Part shown: positions 63,470 through 64,000 of the stretch, one piece after another
How positions within the stretch are numbered: position 1 is the stretch's first letter
How the letters are laid out: every line of letters starts with the position of its first letter
Assembly: GCF_041802885.1 (NCBI RefSeq)
Contig: NZ_JBHCHN010000021.1
Location: 1,061 to 65,060 of the forward strand
Length of the DNA: 64,000 nucleotides
Direction of reading: 5' to 3'
DNA from: Streptococcus sp.
GTDB taxonomy: Bacteria; Bacillota; Bacilli; Lactobacillales; Streptococcaceae
Made by a program: the position numbers and the translations under genes
The notes under the pieces: model-generated
Told to the model about the DNA's origin: nothing
What the model saw: only the letters and a program-made list of their open reading frames with translations
Databases searched by the model: none

Positions 63470-64000
63470 ATGACAAAAGAAGTAGTATTAGTAATAGGGG
63501 CAGGGCAAATTTCCCTAGCCATTACGCGTCGGGTGGCCTTTGGCAAGAAGGTGCTTTTGGGGGATAAATCCTTAAAAAATGCGCAAGCAATGGCACAAAT
63601 CTTAGCCCAGGCAGGTTTTGATGTGGAGGCGGTGGAGATGGACCTGGCCTCTCGGGAATCAATCAAGGCCTTTATCGCAAGGGGGCAGAAATTTGGCCCC
63701 ATCAAATACCTGATCAATGGGGCTGGGGTATCTCCTTCTCAGGCTTCCATTGAAACCATCCTCAGGGTGGACCTGTATGGGACTGCGGTGCTCTTGGAGG
63801 AAGTTGGCAAGGTCATCGACAGCTCTGGAGCTGGAGTGACCATTTCCAGTCAGTCAGGCTTTCGGATGCCGGCCCTGACGGCCCAAGAGGATAGGCTTCT
63901 GGCCACCTGCCCGACAGAGGATTTGTTGAAGTTAGATTTCTTACAGCCGAGCGTCATTCGGGATTCTCTTCATGCCTATCAGCTGGCCAAGCGGGCCAAT
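63470..64000 (+). CDS. SDR family oxidoreductase (3'-truncated; not in ORF track)
   Basis: ATG 63470 after AAGGAG; MTKEVVLVIGAGQIS..., LINGAGVS, ISSQSG; divergent from LysR. Confidence 0.85.
   Translation, partial: MTKEVVLVIGAGQISLAITRRVAFGKKVLLGDKSLKNAQAMAQILAQAGFDVEAVEMDLASRESIKAFIARGQKFGPIKYLINGAGVSPSQASIETILRVDLYGTAVLLEEVGKVIDSSGAGVTISSQSGFRMPALTAQEDRLLATCPTEDLLKLDFLQPSVIRDSLHAYQLAKRAN

Overview
Streptococcus-type chromosomal window. Most of it is conserved core genome: glmU...nudF-macP-mtnN, typA, the dcw cluster (murD-murG-divIB-ftsA-ftsZ-ylmE/sepF/ylmG/ylmH-divIVA), T-box-ileS, clpE, folD, and xseA-xseB-ispA-tlyA-argR-recN...degV-hup. Several accessory inserts interrupt it: (1) a LytTR regulatory system with an ABC exporter plus an AraC/alpha-galactoside uptake cluster between glmU and nudF; (2) feoAB; (3) between folD and xseA, three copies of a ~115-bp unit alternating with cargo genes, each unit made of an 18-bp palindrome, an 18-nt variable spacer, a -10 box, a csRNA-like anti-SD/anti-ATG core and a terminator; (4) downstream of hup, an att-like remnant followed by a stand-alone gene whose product appears to fuse a HEPN-like RNase domain (RNILAH) to a CBS pair, then beta-glucosidase genes. 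Two MITE-like repeats (RUP-like and SPRITE-like) are present. I saw no CRISPR array, tRNA, rRNA, integrase or transposase. The supplied ORF track lists clpE on +, but it is on the - strand. All family assignments come from reading motifs and synteny; no database searches were run.
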